From NCBI GenBank assembly GCA_000320545.1, contig ADNK01000698.1:6286-70285 (forward strand): a DNA stretch of 64,000 bases, given 5' to 3'. This stretch comes from Bigelowiella natans CCMP2755 (Eukaryota; Protista; Cercozoa). The position numbers and the translations under genes were made by a program. Below the pieces are notes generated by a model that saw nothing but the letters and a program-made list of their open reading frames with translations, had not been told where the DNA came from and ran no database searches. This document shows positions 10,680 to 24,565 of the stretch, one piece after another (the first letter of the stretch is position 1; every line of letters begins with the position of its first letter).

Positions 10680-12346
10680 TACCTCAGACACCAAGTTGTG
10701 GTCTCGGTCGCCTTCCTGATCGCGGAGATAGTCAGCTGCATCGCCGCCATTCCCTCCCATACAGAGCCTGTACATAAATCCTAGAGCAAGTTCTAGCATA
10801 TGCACCTCGTCGGGGTCGTGCTAATGAATGGACGAATGAGGAGAAGGGGGGTGGGAAGAGGATCATGTGACGTTTAGCCCATTTTGCTTTGGTTTACATC
10901 ATTTCCGCAATCTTTATCATCAGTTTTCTTCATCATCATCTGTGTCGATTCGATGGATTTACTTTCTAACGTCCCCTCCTCGCACGTAGTGTGACACATC
11001 TACTTACCTGAAGATTCATGGTTGTGCTTTGATCTTTGTGCACGCGAATATTTCTCGAGAAATCCTGAAGGATGTCTTTTAGCACAGCAAGAACGCGATG
11101 GTCTTCATCGCTCTGCATAAGGCTCAGAAATTCCATTTGAATCAATGCATCGCCCGTGTTTAGCAGACAATTAGCCATGCGTAGGCCTAGCGATGTCATC
11201 GTCCCTAGTTATAGTAGTGAGCCAAAATTTTAGTTTAGGTTGCAGCATCATGCAGAGCGCCGTGAGGTCACATTCATTGCCATCATCATGATTCTCGATG
11301 GTATTACCACATTATTTCAGTGGTTATCATCATCATCATCATCATCATCATCACCCTTCCTAGTCTTCCTCCCATGAAGATCGAAGGAATCCATTATCAT
11401 GGTCAGAGACAGCTTCGCAAACTTAAACTCCGTGGCCATTAGCGTCATCATCACCACGTTGTGGGTATCTGCAATCGGCGATCTGTGCTTGCTGAAGACC
11501 TGTTTTTGATAAGCGAGTACCATGATTTGAGGCTGCTACATGTGTGTGAAACTTCCTAATCGAAGGAAGGGAAATACACATTATGGATACCTTCGATAAA
11601 GGCCGTGAGCGATTGTGTCGCATGAATCTAAGAAAGAATAACGTCAATATTATCGCCTTAAGAGTATGAATTTTGGAGAGCGATAACTTTCAATACTTAC
11701 AACCACAAACGCGCGCAACCACGCACACACAGGCGCGCGCGCGCGCACGCCACGCCTGCACCCACACAACGATACAAAGGCACAAGCCACTTAGCTAACA
11801 ACTCAACTGCTCAAGCATTCTAATGATCGCCTGGTAAAGAATGAGCGAGACCCCCTCCCTCTGCGTCTTGATGAGGGAGTATATGCTATCGAACATAATC
11901 GTCATCTCATAGTAGTCATCGTCTTCACGTTGCTGCTGCTGCTGATGTGTCATCAATTTTCCCCCATGTCGCATCATCGCTAACGCTAGAGAGCTGGACG
12001 TGACTCTCGGCATACGGTTCGCGTCTTCATCGAGTTTGATCGCTGTTGCACTCGCCCTCCCAGCAATTGGTGACATGACTACGAAGGAATGGGAGGGGGA
12101 GGAGGTTTTGACTATTAACGGTTCTAAAAGGGAATCTGCAATTCTTTATATGCCAAATGGCTGTTTAATGCATCCTCCTCCCTCAAAAACATCCTAGAAA
12201 AAAAGCCCCGAGAGATATACAATAATTCTAATTTGGGTAATGATCAAACCTGAGCTAGTCTGAAGGGCAAAGCTCGGGGCGTGTAGGCCATTGTCAACGG
12301 CATTGTTATTATTGAATGCCTACAAGGTGAGTTGACAGAGATAGAG

Positions 12347-12391
<45 letters not shown>

Positions 12392-12983
12392 TGAGTAGGA
12401 TAATGGAGAATAGGTTTGAATGAACTAAATGTTTTTCAAACCTCAAATCCAAAACACACCATGCGAAGCATACTAACAACTCGACTCATGTCTTAGGGGC
12501 TTATGAGTGTTATGTTTTTCTATATTGAGTGCTATTTCGTGCTCACTACGCTTCTTGTTATAAAAAAGCCTACCTCCTGTATTCGGATTTGCTGTTCGAT
12601 GAAGCATCTGTTATGAAGCGAAGAAACAACATGGCGCTGTGTTTCCTCAACACTCTTTTCAATCAGGCAAAGCAGCGGTCGTATGTGCGACAAATGGCAC
12701 TTATTGCAGTACAGCTTTCCTTTTACCTACCAAAAACAAAACACAATTTCAGCAAATTGCAAAGATATACAATAATAACTACAACTTCCAATTAAAGAGA
12801 TAAAGACCACATGGCACCCACCTCAACAAGCCTGCCTTTGCAGTACCCCTTTGCTTTATCTCCCCCCTTTTTATGCAATGGAGGTCGTGCGGATGTGACT
12901 TTTTGTTCACGGGATACTAGCTCTCCGTTGCGAATCGTCTGAGACCTTTGGGCTCGTGGCTGCAAGTAGGACGTGAATAAGCA

Positions 12984-13072
<89 letters not shown>

Positions 13073-14163
13073 TTCATCTTTCAAGTAGCAAATTACATCA
13101 TCATGCTTGAGGAGGTACTTTTTAATACTCTTGAAGTACATATCGTCGTATGGATATAATCAGCCATTCGACGTGTCCACGTATTCATTATTGAGAATCT
13201 AATCTAAATCGCCTCACCCTCCCAGCAATAGTGACTGACTGCTCCGAGATAGAATTACCATCCGTAAGCAGTTGGTAGTTCTATTGAGAGGGGGGAAGGA
13301 GGGGGGAGAGCGAGGTTAGCATAAGTAGTGACGACAGAAACAATTCTTTCAAAGGAGTGTTCGCACACAAACACGACCATACAAACAAATCACAAACGTA
13401 TGCAACATATATATGAAACACAATTAGTTTGAGATTCGTCCATTCATAAGCAAAACGACTTTGCAGTCGAGTAAATCATAAGCATCGACCTCATTTTGCC
13501 CGATCAACTCCTTATATCTTCCCCCTCCACCTGCCCCTGCGACCATCGCGCTTCTATTGTTGTTCCTCCCACGCAAGCAGCAGCTACAGTTAGCTTTGGT
13601 TACAATCGTCCAAATAACTTTGATGACCACGTAAAAGGGTCCCCATATGAGCGTCGTCAGCCCGACGAATAGAATACATCCGAGTTCCCAGGGGAAGAGA
13701 AGCGAGTTTAGCACCCTAACGTGATCATGGCGATGATGGTGGTGTTGGTGACGATTATGAGGATGATGAAGATATGATGTTTGTATGCTGGTGGTTTGCA
13801 TTTAAAAAAGCAAGACTTGTCGAAAAGGCAAGGAAATCTTCGAAGTTATTTTGGAACGGTGACCAAATTCAATATATCTTCCTCGCGTCGTCAGATACTT
13901 TGAATCAAGTCTCATTCCTCATAAAATGGGGACAATCAATAAGTACCATCCGCGGCCTTCCTCTCCGATCCAATAGCCGCCGATGAATCTTGCGCCCCGT
14001 TTCACGCCGATGAAAAAGCAGCCGCAAATTACCAGCGCAAGAAGGCCAAGAAAGAAGAACAGCGAGATAATAATCAACGTCATCGTTGCGATTATCGCCT
14101 TATTCGTAGCAAAACATGACGATTCAGAGGAGAAAACATCATTTGCAGAAAAACCCGAGTTGC

Positions 14164-14196
<33 letters not shown>

Positions 14197-14954
14197 TACA
14201 CACAAACACACACACAGGAGCAGCAGCGTTGCTCGGAAGTGTTGCAGACAAATTGATAGTTATCATACCTTAAATACTGCGCCAAAAAATCCCAAGATTC
14301 GCCACTCACTCTCACGCTCAAAGAGGTGTTGCGTAGTCTTCTGCTTATTCATCTGGCTTAGTTGCTGAGACTTCGATTGACAAGTCTTGCCCTTCCGCCC
14401 GGTACCCCCTTTTCTAGCCGTATTCATGTCTTTCCGTGGCTTCTCGGTGTTGCAACAGCAGCTGCACATACGCCTCCACCAAGGCATGGAGGACGACTCT
14501 TTTCAGTAGCATATTAGTTTGGCAGAGTAAATGCCAAAGGTGGAATCAGGAGAATACGATATGTAGATCATGGAACGATGTGACAATGTGTCTAACTACA
14601 AAGATCATTTAGATGTCCTCATATATGCGTAATCATCTCTAGCATCATCACCTTGTGGTGCTTTATCATCACCCTTCATCTCCATTGTCCCAGAGCCAGG
14701 CCATGCAATGTGACTGAGAATATCTTGCACGCTTCCCAAGATGTCCTCGGGAGGATATCTTTGCTGCTGGTTTGCCGCAGTCAACTGATCGGTCCCTGGA
14801 GCAATAAAAGGAATAGAGGAAGTAGAGAAAGGGGGGAGGAGCGAGACATCGATGAAAACAAGAGATGATTATAAACGTATCAGGAAAATCAAAGTTGCAT
14901 CGAGTCTATTCCCTGCTCGTGCTTCATCATATACGGTCACATTCGAAGTTGCTG

Positions 14955-14993
<39 letters not shown>

Positions 14994-16071
14994 AAGGCAG
15001 GCTACTCGCCCCCAACTCAACAGCATAGGCATTCCATCCATTCCTTCGCTGCAAACACCTTCTGCCTGCTCGACCACTCTTTTCAGATCGCTGTGGAGAT
15101 CTTCCGCTATCTTCAAAATCCCCTGCTTCTGCACATTGGCTTCGAAATCACTCACGCACGTAAGGGCAGCGGCAAGGCTTTGACTCGGCGCGTCGGTGGC
15201 AACACCGTCGTTTCCACGGACGTTTCCAACTCCTCGTCCAGCATGATTACTCCTAGTGCTCACGCCCGCATTAACTATTTCGTTGCGTTTGATGCGTTTG
15301 TTCTTCTCAACCCTTCTTCTGTGGAGAATTCTCCTCTTCTCTTCTTTCTTTAAGAGCTTAGAAATCTTGCTCTTCGTCCGCTGCGAGACGCTTTTCTGCG
15401 AGGTGTTGAAGAACATGTCTTCGAGAAGCCGGAGGAGCCCTTTCTTCACCCAAATCACGAGACGCTTTGTGTCTTTATACTCTTGATGACTGTGTAGATG
15501 TTTAAGTCGATGCTCATCCGCGCCTTTGCCCTCCATCTCCTCTGCCTTACCGCCACTGCTAACACGATTGTAAGGGTAGGTGGGGAGACGCGATGAGTTG
15601 AGAACAGCTAGAATTCTCTCCGCAGAAAATCTTTTCTGAGCTTTCATCTCCGCCCGTGGGTATTTACCTTGGTGAAAAATGGTCAGTCATATTTAAAATG
15701 GAAAATGTATAAGATGCGGAAGTGAGTGCAAATATTATTAGTATTATTGCATGCAGCCAAGCAAGATTAAGGAGTAGCACAAGGAGTCGGTCGATAATTA
15801 AGTGGTCTGTTAGTACGAGGGACTATGTGTACGCAACAATAACAACAACAACAACACACCCTCCCCAGTAACGGCGAGAAGCTTTAGAAACTGGAAGGCC
15901 TCGGTGTTGAACGCTCGCTGTTTTCGGGACAAATTGAAGACTACTGGCTTCTCAGTATAAAAACCGTATTCGCCAACAAGTGAAAGATTCTCGATCATAT
16001 GTTGGCTGACATCTGCAAATCCCACCTTCCGTTTCCAAATCAGATACGACCGAATCGCCCCTAGTGTGACC

Positions 16072-16109
<38 letters not shown>

Positions 16110-19100
16110 TAATATTCGCGTGCGCAGGATGCTGAGTGCATATAACGCTTGAATTCGATGTTAGCAAGTGCTCTACCGCCGGGCTGATAGGGCGCCATTG
16201 CGACGTCGACTTTGGACACCCATAGCTCTTCCGACTGCTCCGTCTTATTCCGAAGCTTGTCCTTTGCGCTGAAGGCGTGCGTAATCTGACTCCACGCCTC
16301 TGCCCATTCTAATCGTTTCGACCCGTCGCTGTTGAGGATTGTGTTCGCCCCCCCCTCGCTGAAAGCCATGAAGAGGGTAATAAGAGAGCGTGAAAGATCA
16401 CGACGACAAACGATGATTAAAACTTATGAGGATATTAGCTAAGCATAAACGCCACACATATGCGCCTCTATTTGTCTAGAATGTCGCGTGCGTCGATCAT
16501 GCAGTTTGTGGGCAACCTGTCGCCTGTTCCAAGCCCTTGGAGAACCCATCTTCGGCGTGTATCCTTGAGACCGACATTGTACAGCCTCGCAAATATTTCA
16601 ACTACCTCCTCGTAATGCCCCTCGTACCACATGCGAAACTCATGCTGGCAGCGCTTCACGCGGGCCAAGATTGAGTAGCAGCGAGCACGGCATCGATGGA
16701 CGTCGTAATCGCTGATTCCCACGCTCGAGGGCGTGTTCTTTGGGGGGTTATATGAAAAGGGAGGGGGGTGGGCAGCAAAATCCCATCGTCAATATCAGTT
16801 GTCTTTTCATATTTTCCCCCTATCTCTGAGGTGATGATAGCAATGGGAGCAATTACGCTATAAATCGCAGTAGAGGTGGTAGTAGTAGTATAGCGTACCA
16901 GTGCCTTCTCCAGATTCATCCTCCATGGCCCCCAGCTTCTTTCGAACAGTTTCAGCTGTGCTGAAGCTATTGTAGATGATGATCCATATTCCTCCCCTCC
17001 CCCCCCCCGCTCCCGTGACTTCAGAGTGTTCAATTCAAGGGGTGCAGGACGCCTTTTAGGCCTATCCCCGCTGGGGGTACTTGCAACTCCTGTAGATTGA
17101 GAGAGTTTCTTACTCTGCGGGGGTGTGCCTAATATTCCTACTGGTGTGAGGAGAGTAAATAAGTTTACTAACTTCCAAAACATGAGAAATCATGTATTGC
17201 TTCCTGAATGGATATGGACTCGGTCGGAAATATGTATTTGGATGTATCTTAATGTTGCGGGATTGCAGTGGGGGGGCGATGGCGTCAGTCTGTTCACCTG
17301 CATTCTGCTTTAAGTCATCGTCGTCGTCATCGTCGTTGTACGCAAGCCTTCTGTTGTTGCCCTTCCTCGACTTTCGCTCGCCTCGCACATTGTAGCGACC
17401 GTTCTTCACGCCCCCCCCCCCGTAGCGGACAAGGGGGGAGTAACCGGTGGTAAAACGCTTCACACGCGTTCGGATTCGTGACGTTAGGCCAGTAGACCTC
17501 GATAAAAAACGCGAGTTATTACGCTGTACATTGCATCTGTTCCTCGCTACGTTACCGGCACCATTAAAGATCATCAGATATATTTTCATGGTTTTGTCTA
17601 GTTAAGTCTATCTTAGTGCCAAGTAAACCAAAAGTGTTTGGTGGACTCTGATGCTTCATTCGTCATTACCATCTCACAAGCGGATGTGGCTCAGAGGACC
17701 CAGAGGCTAGTACTAAGCAGCGGAAAGGAAAGGAATGTGGATTATCATTGCAAGCACATACAGAAGGTGGGGAAACGAGGGAAGATGAACATTGAGTATT
17801 GAGCATTTAGCTTGACATTGTTGCGAAAGCTTCAACGTTCGAGCTAGGAAAACCACCTGGGGGTGTTTGTGGCTGTGGCGATTCGTCACTGTTAGTCTTC
17901 TTCTCATTATTATTTTTCTTCTTATTTTGGTTCTTTGTGCTGTGTCGATGCGTCTGCGACGAGGGAATATGATCTTTATCTATCCCTATCAGAAGAAGAG
18001 AAGGACGGGGGAGGTGGACGACGAGAGAGGGAGAAGGATAAATATAACGAAAAGGCAAAAAGGATGAGGGACAAAGTGCTGAACTTGTATATAATTCTGC
18101 TCTCTTCTTGTGTCCCCCACTTCCCTCCCCCCCCCCCCCCCTCTCTCCACCACATCTCAATTCCATCTTTATTGCACCAAGTGAGCTTGCCGCGGTGTTA
18201 AGCTGGGCCATCGCTGTCCCTTGACTGAGCGACGTTGATGCTGCCAACCGAGCGGCAGCTTTCTTCTTCACGTCGTTGCGTTGTAATTCAAAACGCGTTA
18301 TTTCCGAGACGAATTCCATGATCATGTCGCGCGAGCGGGCGGACGGGTTAAATGAGAAGACGCTCGCATCATCGGCACCGCCCTCTCTCCCTTCAGGGGA
18401 CGACGAGGGGGCAGGGCGATGAAAATACGCCTCCAAAGGCTTCATCAAGGAGTAGCTGTGTGGAGGGGAGGCACGGAGGGGCAGGCGATGAATATCGTGA
18501 CATCCAATGCCGATGCGTGAAAAGCAAAACGAGAAGAGCAACCACGTTCATGTACACGTTAGTATGAGCTCTATCAGGCATAAAATAGCTTACGGATGGA
18601 TGGAGGAGAGAGATAGGGTGGGATTCGCCGTCGCAGTCGTCTTAGGAAGAGGTGCGGAGAGGTGTTTGAACATTGGAGGGGTAGGAGCTGATGTGTTATC
18701 TGTGAACCATACAGATGCGGACGCGGGGCGGGTAGCATCCTCGCCCTCCCTAACTACACCTGGCAAAGACAGCAGTAGCAAACATGGGTGCTTTGGGATA
18801 CTATTGCTCACGCAACATCCATATATGCATTGATACAAGTATTGATTTAACATTAGCACCTGGCGTAATATCCCAGGTAGAAGGCTTGTCCTTTCTATCA
18901 TCATCGTCGTCGGTACTTTTGCGGGTACTACCAACGTCGATGCTTTTAGCTTCTTTCTCTACGTATTTTTTATCACCATTCTCGTCAACACCATCCTCCT
19001 CGTTTCCCCCTGCAATGCTCCCCTTCTCAGTCACGACGCTCTCTCCATCCGTAATCGAGTTCAGGCTGAAGACAGAGGGGGGTGCCTTCGGCGTATCGGG

Positions 19101-20926
19101 TGAAAGCGAGGTCGAGAGGGGGGAGAGGGAGGAAATTTTGCCTAGAGGAGGAATACAATTATCGACGAAAGACAGAGGAAGCCAAAAAAAAAAAAAGCCG
19201 GAAAACATCATCAAAATCATTCAAAACATCGACAGCGGTTGGCGAGATCGCATAATCTTACTGTCGTCAATTTCCAGCAGGTTGTTGGCCTCGAGCAACT
19301 CAAACACCTTTATTTGCGCCTCCCGATTTGGTACGTGAACGCCCCTCTCCGGGCTCATAATGCGACGAAGCAGGCACAATATGTTTTCGCAAGTGTAGTA
19401 CCTGGAAACGTGTGTGTTGAGAAAATAAAATATTAGTGTTTTGGACACATCGGTAAGACGATTCGGCGTGTATGTCACATTGCGATCATCATTTAAATGG
19501 AACGATTATTTATTTCTTCCCTTTCAAATAGTTTCTCAATGGTTTCAGCATTCGAATTTGTCAACGTCGTCGTCGTCATTGTCGTAATTATCGTTCCCCC
19601 TACTACAGCTCCTTCTACAACTACTACTCGTCTGATTGAAAGAAGCGCAGGCGAAGGTAAGAAGCAAAGAGAGTGGTAATCTGTGCTTCCTGAAACAAAC
19701 GGCAAAAGTGCGGCCGAACGCGGCAGATGGCGAGTAGAATATCAATGACTCGATTCGCACAAGAGTACCTACATGCACACAACAAAGAGAAAAATACGAT
19801 TAGTATTACGAAAACAAAGGCCGTCAACGAGCAATGATGTTTTGCGTTATGTATTGTCTCGGCTTGCACGAAGAGGGTGTTGCCGTATTTCGCTACGAAC
19901 ACTGTTGGAACGGTATAATAGTTCACCAAAGAGTGGGTTCTTTTTTGCAATGTGATCATCGCTAAATACTCATCATCATTTTCTTATTCTTCCCAATTTT
20001 CAAAAGTAAGTGTTAATGTATTACTCCCAGGGTGTTGGCTCCTCAGCCTCGTCGTCCGGTGTGCAGAATCGTATCAGATTCATGCATGTTTGAGGGAATT
20101 TCACCTACACATAATAATAATGCGGCACAACAGTAGAACGGGGGGGGGAGGAGGGAGGGAGGGGTGAATAAATATCGCCCAATATAGCTTTGTTTTAATC
20201 TCAACTGCCCTACCGAATCTAACAGCTCCACGTTCTTAGCGCAGAGCGCTGGCGAGCGAGCGGAAAGGTATGGCCTCTCCCACGCCACATCGATCCCAAT
20301 AAAGATGAATAGAATACGCAGGCAATGACTTATCACTGTCTCCAACGCCTCCTTCCCATCTCTATCGCTGTATTCACCGAGCCTCATCGTCATCTTTCGA
20401 ACCGTGGAGTCGAGGGAGGGGCGTGCGAGGGGTGAGTGAGGGGTGGAAGAGTAATCGGATTGTGGCGAAGCCACGCTAAGCACGCGTCCCAGACCTTCAT
20501 GAGGAGAGGGAGGTGGAGGTTAGTGAGCGGATATTTCCAAATTGCATCAACTTTTTTAATGTTATATTATGTCTTTCCACTCCGAACAACTTTCTGTCTT
20601 CTTCGTGTTTGCAGCTCTAACTGTACCCCACAATGCAAGATAATCTCTGCTCTTCTAAACAAAACACAAATCATTCCTTATCACCTGGAATTCCTCCCCC
20701 CCCGCGATGATGCACGTCTGGAGTCGTTACAGTAAGGTTGAGGTAGGATGAAGGCGACCGCCCCTCCGCCCCCGCCCCCACTGTTTCGTCTCGATCTACC
20801 CCTGAGGCTACTCCATATTGGCAAGATTTGTTCTTTCTTCGGTGAACTCCACCGCCCCCTGTGCCCCATCGTAACGAGGCGGAGGAAAGCATCGATGTCA
20901 TCTTGAAAGTGTACAAACAACACACG

Positions 20927-20960
<34 letters not shown>

Positions 20961-21390
20961 ATATAATTTGACACATATCAAGATGAAATGCATATATGTA
21001 TATAACGCGTGCGATTATTAATCCGAATTAGGCAAAAATCAGTCCCGAAAATCGAGCGAACACAAAGACGAGCCACAATCAGCACATACTCCTACACATA
21101 TTTAGATGATTGACGGAACTACATCTATTCTCTTCATTTTGGGATTCGCAGTTACACCTTGCGGCGTCTGAGATCCTCGTCGTTATAAGTGCTACTATGG
21201 CTATTCTTCATGCTCAGTGATACGATCCGGATAAGCTGATCGTGAAAATTGAGTGCTGCGAGAGAGGCCTGCAAAACTCGACGCTCGTCGTTTCCATTGT
21301 TGCTCCCCCCCTTAGTAAGAGTTAGTATGGACAAAGGTAAATTAAAGTAAACGGTAAAAATACTCTCCTCTTTCCCCCCGCCCCCTCTAG

Positions 21391-21471
<81 letters not shown>

Positions 21472-22571
21472 CATATGTCTGTGATAAAAGTTATGCCTTT
21501 GCAGCTGTGGAGCACCAAGCAACATAAAGCTTTGGGAATGTGGCAATTTTTCCTCTGCGCTCGCTTTTAATGTGAAAGTTTGTAGGAGCAATTGTAAGAT
21601 ACGATTACTTACTTTCCGGCTTTCGTTGGAGGCGCGTCTTCCCCTCCCTACTTTTGTGTCGTGTTTGCGGTCTGCTGCTGCTGCAGCTGCTTTGGGCTCT
21701 TCAGTGGAAAGGTGACGCTGCGGAATCTACAAATATTAAGACAAGGGGAGAGGGAGGGCGGGAGGTCTAATTGATTACGATAATTTTAGCTGCCATCGAC
21801 TTCAAATTGCTCCCGACTGTGACAGTTTCGTTTTCTCTTTCTCGATCCTATTACCTTCCACCCCAAGCCCAAAGGAAGAACTATCTCTCCGCTGTTTGAC
21901 TATTACGCCTACTAACCATCCAAAGAACGTCATACCGTGTCTTGCCTCCACGGTTCAATGGTAAGCCGAAGCCTAATCTGCAAATCATTGAGAACCTGGG
22001 GAGGCGGGGAGGGGGGGGGGGGGGGGGGGGGATTGCGATAAGATAATTTACTGGCTACACCGACAATATTAAATGATTTCCCTAGTAACAAGCTGCAAGG
22101 CGAGGGTCTCGCTGCTCACCATTTGGAGGGCCTTCCATTCTTTCGAGGAGCATGCGCATTCCTAACAACCATTATTGCGATGCGAGGAATACGGTCATTA
22201 ACATAGGCAATATTAAGATCAATAGTCAACCACCATCTTTAGCAATTTTTTGTTTCAAAAGAGGAGAAGAGAGAACGGGGAGAGAAGATAGGCCGGCGAA
22301 GAGGGGACAAGCTTCGTCTAGACGACGTTAGATTGATATGGATGTGCTTGTTTTATATATATTTCTAGGTCGTGTGGGGGTCCTGCCTCATCGAACTCCT
22401 CCAAAACAAGCGATATGTCATGAAGCTGATGGTATAGCGGCGGCGCAATTCCCTTCGTCATGTTCACTAAGACCTTTAGATGGCATCATTAATAAGAATT
22501 GAGAACCAAGGCAAATTTGAGTTGTAACGTGCTATCATCCGCTCACTCTCCTTCTGCTGATATGTCGAAAC

Positions 22572-22616
<45 letters not shown>

Positions 22617-24514
22617 CCATTGTTTTAATGTATATATCAGGATTTAGTCTATCCTTCGCCAGATCCTAACCTCGTGCAGGCAGTCACGAGCCAGGCACTG
22701 CGCGTAGAGATCAGCAATTGCTAGCTCATGCTTACGAGTTACAGCAGCCCAATGCTGAGAACAATTAAAGAGGAGACCTTAAGCAGATGTACGTGTTTGT
22801 TTACTTTCGCGCGCTAACACACACACACGCGCGCGCGCGCGCGCATAATCTGGGTAAGTCTTTCGACTTTATTGTTTCTACCTCGGGGCCTCCAGCCTTG
22901 CTCGTGAGGCTCTTGCTGCCTATCCTCTTTCCTTCCCGATCGCTCTTAGAGAATATCAGCATATCGCTGCCCTTCTTAAGCAGCTGTTCGACGAAGTCAC
23001 GAATCTCTACCGGAAATTGACCGCGAATATTGTGGCGCTCACGGTAAAAGTGCAAGGATTTTAGCTTCGGTCGAACGTATAAAACCGTCATTAGCTTTGT
23101 ATTGGTAGTCAATGCCATTTAAGTGTAATGCCGAAGAGGTAGAAAAAAGGGGGTATGGGGAGAGGAGGAAGGAGGAGAAACACATAATAAACACATCAGT
23201 ATCAACTATTAAACTTGAAACAGACATATGACTCCAACACTCACGCCTATCAAAAAATGGCGCATGAATATGTGAGTGAGAACAAATTAAATGCGTTTGG
23301 TGCGTGGTTGACGCCTACATCCATGGTCAACAAATATCAGAATCCTATCCATCAATTTATACTGTAAGCATTTTATCTATATACGTTCACCACCTCGACA
23401 ACATTACGCCTGAGACGCAACAAATCCACACTGTTTCTCTTCGTTGGCTTTCTGGAGGTTGCAAGAAGATCTATGGTGGCCTTTATCGCAGGGAGTTGGA
23501 GCAGCTCACGGATCTTCTCGATTACCTGAAAACAACAACTCGTTCAGCAATGAAGGTGACGACGACCATGCTGCACAAAGAAACTCAATGCTCATTGTCG
23601 CGAAAGGGTGCTTGGGAAATATGTACTACCACTGTATACTATAATACTACCGTAGGATTCACAGCTGCCAGCTTGCAAATGAGCCACAAGCAGCCTCGAA
23701 AATAGCTCAGCGACACCCTTCTACGCTGTGATTGGTTCGGCCCCTCCCCCCGCCGTTTCTTAACTGTTGCAGTTGGAGATGTGATCTTTGCAGAGGACGA
23801 CGGCTGCTTGCCGATATCAACGAGCCACTCAGTCAAGCGAACCTCATCAGAGAGGGACACGGAAACTTCTCCCCCAGTCCCGTTGTAGTAGTTGCTGTTT
23901 GGGTTTCTGCTTTGGCTGTATCTGTGAAGGAGAAGATGAAGAAGGAGAAGAGTGTAATGGGATAGCAAGAGAGAGGGGAGGGAATGGGGGAGATGGGGGA
24001 GATGGGCACAGGTAAAGAGTGGATCAGCATGGTTTTATCGTATAGTTTTCAGTATTAAAAGCCAGCTATCTTGAGCGATGCATTTCCCTCTCCCTTCTCC
24101 TGCCCCCCCTCCAAAAAACCTTTTTTTTCCCTTCGCACACATGCTTGTTTTTTGTTTTACTCACTCAGCCTGGAGCACGGGGGAGGACAGCCCCGACGGT
24201 ATGGGGCTGAGCGTAGAATCCAACGGGTTGTTGCCTGTGTGATAACTGTTGTGTTGCGGGCTCATCATCGCACCAGCACGGCCGATTATCGTCGTCGCCT
24301 GGCGCAAGATCCACTTGTGGACTTTGCAGGACTTCTCATCGTACGGCAGATTCTTAGCGTCTAGCGAACGCGGCTTGCAGATCTTTATGAAGATCTCTTT
24401 GTTGTTCATCCAAATCGACGGGTAGAGCCTCAGAGGAGAACAAATGATTAGCATCAAGAAACGAAGACGATGACGACAACGACGACGACAAAATCCTCAG
24501 TCCTTATATACCAC

Positions 24515-24565
<51 letters not shown>

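Noticed and set aside
13424-14487. Separate nested membrane-protein gene starting MPWWRR
   Set aside because: The upstream exon (..GDDKAPQ G|AG) splices in frame into ESSSMPWW, which favours continuity with the channel gene. Not proven without cDNA.
21998-22032. Poly-G tract as a functional G-quadruplex
   Set aside because: Homopolymer G/C runs are common in introns throughout the window, with no specific support here.
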